NCBI GenBank assembly: GCA_033764015.1
Contig: JANRJK010000013.1
Coordinates: forward strand, 512,001-576,000
Length of the DNA stretch: 64,000 nucleotides
Reading direction: 5' to 3'
From: Candidatus Sumerlaeia bacterium
GTDB taxonomy: Bacteria > Sumerlaeota > Sumerlaeia > SLMS01 > JANRJK01
Shown here one piece after another: positions 56,555-64,000 of the stretch; the first letter of the stretch is position 1; each line of letters starts with the position of its first letter. Below the pieces are notes generated by a model, which did not search any database, had not been told where the DNA came from, and saw nothing but the letters and a program-made list of their open reading frames with translations. Position numbers and translations under genes: made by a program.

Positions 56555-57426
56555 TCCGCGCGGACGCCCTCGACAAGCACGCGGCGGCGGAAGTCCTCCA
56601 GCAGCCGCTTCATCACGGGGCCCGCGGATCCATTGCCGATCACCCGGCCATCGAGCTTGGTGACCGGCATGATTTCCGCCCCCGTGCCCGTGAGGAACAT
56701 CTCGTCCGCCACGTAGCAGTCGTATTGCGTGAGGCGCTCCTCGCGATGGGCGATGCCGAGCGCCGCCGCGATCTCGAGCACCGTCCGCCGCGTGATCCCC
56801 GGCAGCGCGCCCTGATACAGCGGCGGAGTCCGCAGCAGTCCGTCCTTCACTGTGAACACGTTGGCGGCGGTCGCCTCGACGATGTAGCCGTTGCGGTCCA
56901 GCATGAGGGCGTCGTTCGCCCCGGCGTTGTTCGCCTCGATCTTCGCCAGCACGTTGTTGAGGTAGTTCAGGGACTTCACCCGCGGGCTGAAGTTGTCGGG
57001 GCCGACGCGCCTGGTTGAGGCGGTGACCACGGCGATCCCGGTGCTGTAGAGTTCGGCGGGGTAGAGGGCGATCTTGTCGGCGATGATGAACAGCGACGAT
57101 TCCTTCGACTTCTTCGGATCGATCCCGAGGTCGCCCACGCCGCGCGTCACGACCGTGCGGATGTAGCAGTCCTTGAAGCCGTTGCGGCGGACCGTCTCCA
57201 CATGGGCGGCCTCGAGCGCGGCGCGCTCGACCGGGATCCGCAGGAGGATCGCCTTCGCCGAGTCGTACAGCCGGTCTAGGTGCTGCCCCAGCCGGAAGAT
57301 GTTCCCGCTGTAGACGCGGGTGCCTTCGAACACGCCGTCGCCGTAGAGGATGGCGTGGTCGAACACGCTGATCTTCGCGTCCTCCCGCGAGAGGTACTGT
57401 CCGTCGAGGTAGATGGTGAGGCTCAT
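56551..57426 (-). CDS. ilvE: Branched-chain amino acid aminotransferase (class IV)
   Basis: ISVFDHAILYGDGVFEG.RVY, HLDRL, YIRTVVTRG.GDLG, KSLNYLNN, LPGITR, ADEMFLTGT.AE. AAGGAG RBS. Confidence 0.93.
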   Translation of the reverse strand: MSLTIYLDGQYLSREDAKISVFDHAILYGDGVFEGTRVYSGNIFRLGQHLDRLYDSAKAILLRIPVERAALEAAHVETVRRNGFKDCYIRTVVTRGVGDLGIDPKKSKESSLFIIADKIALYPAELYSTGIAVVTASTRRVGPDNFSPRVKSLNYLNNVLAKIEANNAGANDALMLDRNGYIVEATAANVFTVKDGLLRTPPLYQGALPGITRRTVLEIAAALGIAHREERLTQYDCYVADEMFLTGTGAEIMPVTKLDGRVIGNGSAGPVMKRLLEDFRRRVLVEGVRAD

Positions 57427-57526
57427 GGGCGTGCGCGCTCCTTCCGCTCCGTGTCGTTCGCGCGGAGTGAAGCGGTTTAGAGGCCGCCGCCGCAAGTTCA
57501 AGATGTTGAACGCGAGTTAGGCGCCC

Positions 57527-59923
57527 CTAAAGCGCCCGCGCGGTGCGTTCCACGGAGCGCACTTCCGGTAGCGCCATCAGGTCGTCCAGCACCGCTTGCA
57601 GCTGGTCGAGGTTGTGGACCTGCACGCCGAGGCGCAGGTAGGCCGTCTTGGTCTCCTGGTTGGTGCGCGTGTTGCAGTTGTCGATGTAGACTTGGTGCTT
57701 GGCGAAGACGCCGGTGACGGCGTTGAGGAGGCCGGAGCGGTCTCCCGCCTCGATCATGAGAGGCACCACCCGCACGTCGTTGTCGATGTCGCCGCTCCAG
57801 GAGGCGGAGAGGACGCGGGCGGTTTCGTCCGCCTCGCCTTGGTTACGCTCGAGTGTCGAACAGGATTCGCGGTGGATGCTGATGCCCCGCCCGCGGGTGA
57901 CGAAGGCGACGATCTTCTCGCCGGGGATCGGGTGGCAGCAGGAGGCCAGCCGGTAGGGTATCTCGCTATCCTCCATGCCCTCGATGACGACGGTGTTCGC
58001 CTTCCCCTTGCGGGCGCCCTTGTGGCGCTTCACCTGCTTCTCGACGTGCTTGGGGAAGAGGCGCGCGAAGATCGCCTGAGCGCTGAGCTGCTTGAATCCG
58101 ATGTCGACGAGCAGATCGTCCCCGGCGGGGTAGCGCATCTCCTTCGCGAGCTTCCCGAGCGCCGCGTCGAACTCGCGCGTGGTCACCGTGAGGTTGTGCT
58201 CCTTGACGAGCCCCCAGACTTCCTTCGCGCCGCTCTCGATCCAGACGGCGCGCTCCTTCGACTTGAGCCAGCGCTGCACCTTGTTGCGCGCGCGCGGCGT
58301 CTTGACGAACTGGAGCCAGTCGCGGCTGGGGTGTCCGCTGCTGCTGGTGATGATGTCCACCACGTCGCCGTTCTTCAGTTCGGTGCGCAGGTTCACCATG
58401 CGCTTGTTGATCTTCGCTCCGACGCAGCGGAAACCGAGGTCGGTGTGCACCATGAAGGCGAAGTCGATCGGCGTGGCGCCGACCGGGAGCTCGTAGCAGT
58501 CGCCCTTCGGGGTGAAGCAGTAGACCACATCTTCGATGAGGGAGCCCTTGACGTTTTCGAGGAAGCTGGTGCCTTCCTCCCCCTCCTCGATGATCGAATT
58601 CACCAGCTCGCGGACGTAGTTGAGGGTGTTGCGGAACTGCTCGGCGTTGGTCGTGCCGGCGGGGGCGCGGTCTTCCTTCTTGGCCTGCTCCTTGTACATC
58701 CAGTGCGCGGCGATGCCGTACTCCGCGTGGCGGTGCATCTCGAGCGTGCGGATCTGCACCTCGGTCACCTCGCCCTCGGCGCCGATCACGGTGGTGTGGA
58801 GCGACTGGTACCCGTTGTTCTTCGGGTTCGAGATGTAGTCCTTCAGCCGCCCGGGCAGCGGGCGGAACAGGTCGTGGATCTCGCCTAGGATGCGGTAGCA
58901 CTGCTCCTTTTCCATGCACACGATGCGGATCGCGTTCAGGTCGTAGATCTCGTCGAAGGAGAGGCCCTGCGTGGCCATCTTCTTGTGGATCGAGTAGAAG
59001 TGCTTGGAGCGGCCGTAGATGACGACGCCGGGGAACTTGGGTTCGAGTCGCGCCTTGAGGCCGTTGATGGCGGCGTTGACGAGCGCCTCGCGCTCGCGGG
59101 CCTTGAGCTGCACCTTCGACTTCAGGCTGCGGTACTCGTCCGGGGAGATCCAGCGCATCGCGGAGTCTTCGAGCTCGCGCTTGATGCGGGTGATGCCGAG
59201 GCGACCGGCGAGGGGGGCGAAGATGTCCAGGGTCTCGCGCGAGATCTCGATCCGCTTCTCCGGTCCCAAAGCCTTGAGGGTGCGCATGTTGTGGAGGCGG
59301 TCGCAGAGCTTGACGAGCACCACGCGGATGTCCTGCGCCATGGCGAGGAACAGCTTGCGGAGGTTTTCCGACTGCGCCTCCGTGCGCGTTTCGAACTTGA
59401 TTCGGGAGATCTTGGTGACGCCGTCCACGATGCGGACCACGTCGTGCGGGAATTCGTCGCCGAGCTGGCGGGAGGTGACCTCGGTGTCTTCGAGGACGTC
59501 GTGCAGAAGGGCCGCCGCGATGCTGGCGCCGTCGAGATTGAGGTCGCCGACGAGGTGGGCGACCGCCAGCGGATGCGTGATATAGGGTTCGCCGGTCGAG
59601 CGCTTCTGGTGACGGTGTGCGTGGGCGGCGACCTCGTGCGCGCGGCGGACCATGGCGCGGTCGGCCTCCGGGGTCAGGGCGAGCAGCGTCTCGACGGTCT
59701 GTAGCGCCTCCGCCTGCGGGGGCGACTCATGCGAATTGCCGATCTCCATGAGGAGTTCCGGCGGCAGCGCGATGCCGGTGCTGGAGGTCCGCGTGAGGCT
59801 TCCCGAAATGGGAACGTCGCCCCCGTCGTCGGCGGCGGAGTGGCTCCCTTCCGCCGCGCCGTTGGTCGGAGCGGCGCCTTCCGTGCGGCGGGATTTGCTG
59901 GATCGGGACAGTGCGGACTCCAT
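57527..59923 (-). CDS. rel: Bifunctional (p)ppGpp synthetase/hydrolase Rel (HD, SYNTH, TGS, ACT domains)
   Basis: GEPYITHP, LHDVLEDT (intact HD), DRLHNMRT, GRSKH, RLKDY..PK.NGYQSLHT, EVQIRT, FTPKG (TGS), CCHPIPGE, ACT domain. Long N-terminal low-complexity extension; the true start may be downstream. Confidence 0.93.
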   Translation of the reverse strand: MESALSRSSKSRRTEGAAPTNGAAEGSHSAADDGGDVPISGSLTRTSSTGIALPPELLMEIGNSHESPPQAEALQTVETLLALTPEADRAMVRRAHEVAAHAHRHQKRSTGEPYITHPLAVAHLVGDLNLDGASIAAALLHDVLEDTEVTSRQLGDEFPHDVVRIVDGVTKISRIKFETRTEAQSENLRKLFLAMAQDIRVVLVKLCDRLHNMRTLKALGPEKRIEISRETLDIFAPLAGRLGITRIKRELEDSAMRWISPDEYRSLKSKVQLKAREREALVNAAINGLKARLEPKFPGVVIYGRSKHFYSIHKKMATQGLSFDEIYDLNAIRIVCMEKEQCYRILGEIHDLFRPLPGRLKDYISNPKNNGYQSLHTTVIGAEGEVTEVQIRTLEMHRHAEYGIAAHWMYKEQAKKEDRAPAGTTNAEQFRNTLNYVRELVNSIIEEGEEGTSFLENVKGSLIEDVVYCFTPKGDCYELPVGATPIDFAFMVHTDLGFRCVGAKINKRMVNLRTELKNGDVVDIITSSSGHPSRDWLQFVKTPRARNKVQRWLKSKERAVWIESGAKEVWGLVKEHNLTVTTREFDAALGKLAKEMRYPAGDDLLVDIGFKQLSAQAIFARLFPKHVEKQVKRHKGARKGKANTVVIEGMEDSEIPYRLASCCHPIPGEKIVAFVTRGRGISIHRESCSTLERNQGEADETARVLSASWSGDIDNDVRVVPLMIEAGDRSGLLNAVTGVFAKHQVYIDNCNTRTNQETKTAYLRLGVQVHNLDQLQAVLDDLMALPEVRSVERTARAL

Positions 59924-60073
59924 CGGAAGAACCTCGATTCGGACCTTCTCGCGCGGAGCGATGAAACCCGTAAAGGGTTATCTCGGGATAAACCCCTTGC
60001 TTGGCGGGATCATGGGGCGCTTCGGTCGGCGGCGACGAGCGCTGGGGGAGGGCCCGGGGAGGTGTCGGCGGCA

Positions 60074-60090
60074 AGTAAAAAGATTTTACT
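60074..60090. promoter_or_regulatory. AT-rich palindrome between divergent rel and the lacI-family gene; putative operator
   Basis: AGTAAAA-AGA-TTTTACT, with TTAGCGCTT 11 nt downstream. Confidence 0.5.
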
Positions 60091-60173
60091 AAAACCCTCA
60101 ATTAGCGCTTGACCATCCCGACCCGCCGGTGGGCACCTTGACCGTAGGCCAAGGCAGAGAGGAATCAGCGCCG

Positions 60174-61256
60174 ATGGGCGTTCCGCCGAACCGGTTCCGC
60201 AAGAAGAAGCGCGTCACGATCACCGACGTGGCACTCGAAGCGAAGGTCTCGATCGCGGCGGTTTCGCGCATCCTGAACAACAACTACGAAGGTTTCTCCG
60301 CGCGCGAGGAGACGAAGGCGCGCGTGCTGGAGGCGGCGCGCCGCCTCGGATACCGCCCCAGCCGGGCCGCCATCAGCCTCGCCACGGGGCGCCACGACGC
60401 CATCGCGCTCTGCCTTCCCGCCTCGCAGTTCGGCTCGGGCCCCGTGAACGTCTCCTCGATGGACCAAGTGTTCCAGCAGTTCGAAATGATGCTCGTGATC
60501 AGCGGCCTGCGACGCGGCCTCATCGACCACCACCAGGACCTGATCCTGGTGGACGCCGCCAAAGAGCGCCGCCCCGACGAGTTCGTCCTCCAGCTCCAGG
60601 ACAAGGTCGACGGCGTCATCTGGGTGAACCCGGACGACGAAGCCGACACGCTGAACGAGATCCTCAACGCCGGCCTGCCGCTCGCCGTGGTGGGCTCGTC
60701 GCCCGTGACGGGCAACTTCGTGAACGTCCGCGCGGACGAACACACCGCCGGGCGCATGGGCATGGGGCACGTCCTGATCCGCGGCGCCAAGACCGTGCTG
60801 GTCGCAGTACCCAAGGAACGCGCCAACCAGGTGGGCATCAAGGAGCGCATCGAGGGCGCCAAGAAGGCCGCCAACGACTTCACCAAGTCGAAGGTGGCCG
60901 CCCAGACCCTTCTGGTCCCCCGGGACACCGCCAAAGGCCGCGTGGTCTTCGCAGAGTACCTCGACAAGAAGGGGATCCCCGACGCGATCCTCACGCTGGA
61001 CGGCCACCTTCCCTTCGCGATCCTCTCGGAGCTGTACGAGCGCGATTTCGACGTGCCGAACGACCTGCTCCTGGTCGGGTTCGAAGAGAATCCGCTCTAC
61101 TCGGTGAACGCCCCGTCGCTGACGGGCCTCCGCTACCCGATGGAGCAGCTCTGCTACGAAGCCGCCGCGGCGCTGATGCAGCTCATCGCGACCGGCGAGG
61201 TGCCCGAGCCCGTCCTGCGCGTCCCGCAACTGATCGCCCGCGCCAGCGCGCCCTGA
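60174..61256 (+). CDS. LacI family transcriptional regulator
   Basis: VTITDVALEAKVSIAAVSRILN, TKARVLEAARRLGYRPS..A.SL, VDGVI, VPNDL.LVGFE, PSLT, LIARAS. Confidence 0.92.
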   Translation: MGVPPNRFRKKKRVTITDVALEAKVSIAAVSRILNNNYEGFSAREETKARVLEAARRLGYRPSRAAISLATGRHDAIALCLPASQFGSGPVNVSSMDQVFQQFEMMLVISGLRRGLIDHHQDLILVDAAKERRPDEFVLQLQDKVDGVIWVNPDDEADTLNEILNAGLPLAVVGSSPVTGNFVNVRADEHTAGRMGMGHVLIRGAKTVLVAVPKERANQVGIKERIEGAKKAANDFTKSKVAAQTLLVPRDTAKGRVVFAEYLDKKGIPDAILTLDGHLPFAILSELYERDFDVPNDLLLVGFEENPLYSVNAPSLTGLRYPMEQLCYEAAAALMQLIATGEVPEPVLRVPQLIARASAP

Positions 61257-61262
61257 TCGAAC

Positions 61263-61565
61263 GTGGTCCACGAACTCGTCCTTTGCACCGAACCGTACCA
61301 GGAGCTGGGCGACCTCCACGCGCGCCTTCCGGAGCTGTTCTCCGGCGGCGTGAAGGTCATCGTGGTGGATCTGGCGGCGACGCCGTTCATCGACTCCATG
61401 GTGATCGGGCAGCTGGTGAAGCTGCAGCTCGAGTGCCACCGCCGGTCGGGTCTGCTCGAACTGCGCAACATTGGCGACAACGCGCGGCGGACGCTTGGGT
61501 ACTCGGGGCTCGCGGAGCTGTTCGGCCTCGACGAGCCCGAGCCGCCCCGATTCGGGCGGCCGTAG
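61263..61565 (+). CDS. STAS-domain anti-sigma-factor antagonist
   Basis: IVVDLAATPFIDSMVIGQLV...LELRN....RRTL.YSGL.ELF, with the phosphorylatable DS serine. Confidence 0.8.
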   Translation: MVHELVLCTEPYQELGDLHARLPELFSGGVKVIVVDLAATPFIDSMVIGQLVKLQLECHRRSGLLELRNIGDNARRTLGYSGLAELFGLDEPEPPRFGRP

Positions 61566-61669
61566 CACCCCCGGCCAGAATTGACACCCCCTCCACGACC
61601 AGCGCCCTATTGAATGGACTGGCTCCTCGCATGTAGAGGGGACGGAAGCGGCTTCCGAAAGGAGTTCCC

Positions 61670-62677
61670 GTGAACGACGCGCTCCTCACCCAAATGGCCC
61701 AAGCGGCGGCGGCGAAAGCGATGACGAACGAAGGCGGCGGTACTTCCGGTGTAGTGATGCCCCCTCCCCAAGGCTCCGGTCTGAGCCTAGCCGGCGGGCC
61801 GAGATTCATCGCCTTCATGGTGGTGCTCTTCGGAGTCACCGGGCTGGGGTACCTGATCCACCCGATCGCGGCGATCCCGGCCGGCGTGTTGGGCCTCGTC
61901 CTAGGTGTCATCATCGTCCGGATGATCCACATCGCCGCGCAGTGGGAGCGCGGCGTGCAGCTCCGGCTCGGCAAGCTGATGGCCGTCCGCGAGCCCGGAC
62001 TCATCATGATCTTCCCGGTCATCGACCACCTCGAGATCGTCGACACGCGCGTGCAAACGCTAGAGATCCCGCGCCAGCGTGTGATCACCCGCGACAACGT
62101 CCCGGTGTCTGTGAACGGCGTCCTCTACTTCAAGATCAACGACGTGCGCGTGGCGCTGACGTCGGTGCAGGACTACAAGTTCGGCATCCTCAACTATTCG
62201 ATGGCGGCGCTGCGCGACGTGATCGGGCGCCTGACACTGGACGAACTGCTCGCGGAGCGCGACCAGATCCAGAAGGAGATCGAAACCGCGATCGAGAAGC
62301 AGTCCGCCGCTTGGGGCCTCTCCGTGGAAGCGCTCCGGCTCCAGGACATCGACATGCCCGAAGAGTTGAAGCGGATGATGTCCCGCCAGGCCTCCGCGGA
62401 GCGCGAGAAGCGCGCGACGATCACCAAGGCGGAAGGCGACAAGCTGGCGGCGCTCAACCTGGCCGACGCGGCGCGCACCATGTTCGCCAGCCCCGGCGCG
62501 ATGCAGCTGCGCACGCTCCAGACGCTCGACAGCCTGGGCAGTTCGCCCTCGAACACGGTGGTTCTTGCGATGCCGACCGACGTGTTCGAGGTGGTCCACA
62601 AGCTCGCGCACGGCAAGAGCTTCATCCCTGCCGACGGCGCGGAAGCCCCGGTGCGGCCGGAGGAACTCGGAGGGTAG
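61670..62677 (+). CDS. SPFH/band 7 (stomatin-like) protein
   Basis: QWERGV.LRLGK, PGL...P.ID, ITRDNV, ALRDVIG...LDELL.ER, QASAEREKRA, AMQLRTLQTL. AAGGAG RBS before GTG. Confidence 0.92.
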   Translation: MNDALLTQMAQAAAAKAMTNEGGGTSGVVMPPPQGSGLSLAGGPRFIAFMVVLFGVTGLGYLIHPIAAIPAGVLGLVLGVIIVRMIHIAAQWERGVQLRLGKLMAVREPGLIMIFPVIDHLEIVDTRVQTLEIPRQRVITRDNVPVSVNGVLYFKINDVRVALTSVQDYKFGILNYSMAALRDVIGRLTLDELLAERDQIQKEIETAIEKQSAAWGLSVEALRLQDIDMPEELKRMMSRQASAEREKRATITKAEGDKLAALNLADAARTMFASPGAMQLRTLQTLDSLGSSPSNTVVLAMPTDVFEVVHKLAHGKSFIPADGAEAPVRPEELGG

Positions 62678-62706
62678 AGCGGGCGGCGCTACCATGGAAT
62701 GAACAA

Positions 62707-62733
62707 GGGGCGGCCGGATGACTCGGCCGCCCC
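62707..62733. terminator. Putative bidirectional terminator hairpin between convergent genes
   Basis: GGGGCGGCCG-GATGACT-CGGCCGCCCC with short T-rich flanks on both strands. Confidence 0.65.
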
Positions 62734-62764
62734 TGATTGTTTCCGGGCTGGAGGCGAAGCGCGC

Positions 62765-62926
62765 TCAGTGCGGCGCGGCTCCGCCCTCCTCCTCGTCCGT
62801 CTCTTCCGCGTGGTCGCTCTGGTCGAGGCGCCAAACCACGTAGGGAACCGTGACGATGCCGACGAAGGCCACGGCGAAGTAGGCCAGCAGCGTGATCAGC
62901 TCTTTGGTAGTCATTTGGTCGAACAT
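62765..62926 (-). CDS. Small single-TM membrane protein (53 aa) missing from the ORF track
   Basis: MFDQMTTKELITLLAYFAVAFVGIVTVPYVVWRLDQSDHAEETDEEEGGAAPH*, with AAGGAG RBS, GC3-rich codons and a downstream hairpin. Confidence 0.72.
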   Translation of the reverse strand: MFDQMTTKELITLLAYFAVAFVGIVTVPYVVWRLDQSDHAEETDEEEGGAAPH

Positions 62927-63023
62927 GGCGCCGGGACTCCTTCGCGGGCTAGCTTGTGTGGTCGTGCCGCGGAGCGGTTATGGCGTCCCGGCACGTGGAG
63001 ACGCGCAACGGAAAACTCAGCTT

Positions 63024-63569
63024 TCACCCTTCGCGCTTGCCATGCGCATCGACGGCCGTGTGCACCACGCACTGGATTTCGCACGCGTCGCACGCTTCCG
63101 GACCCGGGCACTCGTCCTTGTGGGCGCGAAAGGCGTCGAGGAAGTCGCGCACGACCTTTTCGTTTCCGTGGCCGTGGATGAAGTGGAGGAACCCGAGCAG
63201 TTTGGCGCGGGTTTCGGAGCTGACGAGGTGCTCGACCTTGCAGGCGTCGATGTTCGCCTGCGATTCCGAGACGCCGAGGACCTCCCGCAGGAACGACGCG
63301 AGGGCGACGTTCGACGCGTGGATCTCCGACGCGGTGCGCTCGCCGAGCGGGCTGAGGCGGAGGAAGCGGTTGTGGTCCTCGTCCACGTATCCGCGCTGCT
63401 TGAGCGCCTTGATGCTGACGCTGGCGGAGCCGGGCGTGATCTCCAACTCGCGGGCGACGTCGGTGACGCGGCAATAGCCCTGCGCCTTGAAGACGTCGTG
63501 GATGGCCATCAGGTAATGGGCCATGCTGTGGGAGATTTCGTGTTCCTCGAACTCTTTCCAGACTTTCAT
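63024..63569 (-). CDS. DtxR/MntR family metal-dependent transcriptional regulator with a Cys-rich tail
   Basis: SMAHYLMAI, RVTDVARELEITPGSAS..IKAL...GYV, FLREVLGV....A..DACKVEH.VS. GAGG RBS before the ATG at 63569. Confidence 0.9.
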   Translation of the reverse strand: MKVWKEFEEHEISHSMAHYLMAIHDVFKAQGYCRVTDVARELEITPGSASVSIKALKQRGYVDEDHNRFLRLSPLGERTASEIHASNVALASFLREVLGVSESQANIDACKVEHLVSSETRAKLLGFLHFIHGHGNEKVVRDFLDAFRAHKDECPGPEACDACEIQCVVHTAVDAHGKREG

Positions 63570-63770
63570 GGCGACCTCGCGCGGCACAGGCCCGCAAAAC
63601 TGGTTCCAGCTTAGCCGCGGCCGCATTCGAAGCAAGCGGAAGGGGCGCGGCGCACTCGGGCCGGGATGCCTTGACCGTCCCCTCCGCCCTGGCTAACGTC
63701 TTGCTCACCGGGGTGGGGGATGGCGCTTCGCCGCCTCCCGGGCACCGATCACGAAGCACGGCAGGAAACA

Positions 63771-64000
63771 TTGGATAGCAGCATCCCCGGCGAGTCACCC
63801 GCGGCCCGGCCCGCGAATCCGCTCTTGCGGGTCATGGACGCGGTGGACCGCGCGATCCTCCGCGGTTGGCGCGTCTTCAAGTCCCTCAAGTTCGGCATCT
63901 TCCTGCTCGTCCTGATCGGCGCGGTCTCCGTTTGGGGCACCATGGGGTACGCCAGCAACGCGAGCCTCGGCGACAACCAGATCCCCATGGCGCGGAGGCT
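63771..64000 (+). CDS. 5' part of a membrane protein, probably ResB/Ccs1-like cytochrome c biogenesis protein; truncated by the window edge
   Basis: TTG after AGGA; ...WRVFKSLKFGIFLLVLIGAVSVWGT matches the ResB N-terminal pattern (F.SL...I.LL......GT). Confidence 0.55.
   Translation, partial: MDSSIPGESPAARPANPLLRVMDAVDRAILRGWRVFKSLKFGIFLLVLIGAVSVWGTMGYASNASLGDNQIPMARR

Overview
High-GC bacterial chromosomal window, mostly housekeeping and cell-envelope genes. It holds: a complete pseudaminic acid-type nonulosonic acid cluster (pseB-pseC-pseF-pseG/H fusion-pseI); carA-carB-guaA; tRNA-Thr(TGT), tRNA-Tyr(GTA), tmRNA and tRNA-Ile2(CAT); an A/T-richer block after the tmRNA (1.9-kaa secreted beta-helix/zinc-metallopeptidase, then a TetR-regulated DevBCA/MacAB-like exporter); proS; an M48 peptidase homologue with a broken HExxH; MFS and amino-acid ABC transport genes; tyrA; a membrane-fused spermidine synthase-like gene; gyrA; NAD kinase; thrC; a SET-domain gene next to a methyltransferase/ATP-grasp fusion; a glycosyltransferase operon; a TSP3-repeat protein; an ElaB/YqjDEK-like trio; ilvE; rel; LacI-STAS; a stomatin; a DtxR/MntR regulator; and the start of a ResB-like gene. 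No integrase, transposase or CRISPR array is visible. Best candidate for novel biology: two unrelated, probably exported proteins about 44 kb apart end in the same register-exact decapeptide pattern (AAGVEGWRVY* and AADVSNWYLM*), suggesting a short lineage-specific C-terminal sorting signal. From memory, this motif and the single dockerin-like tail resemble Candidatus Sumerlaeota (BRC1) proteins; that assignment is unverified. All product calls come from motif recognition by eye, without database searches, and several start codons were re-chosen from the ORF track.
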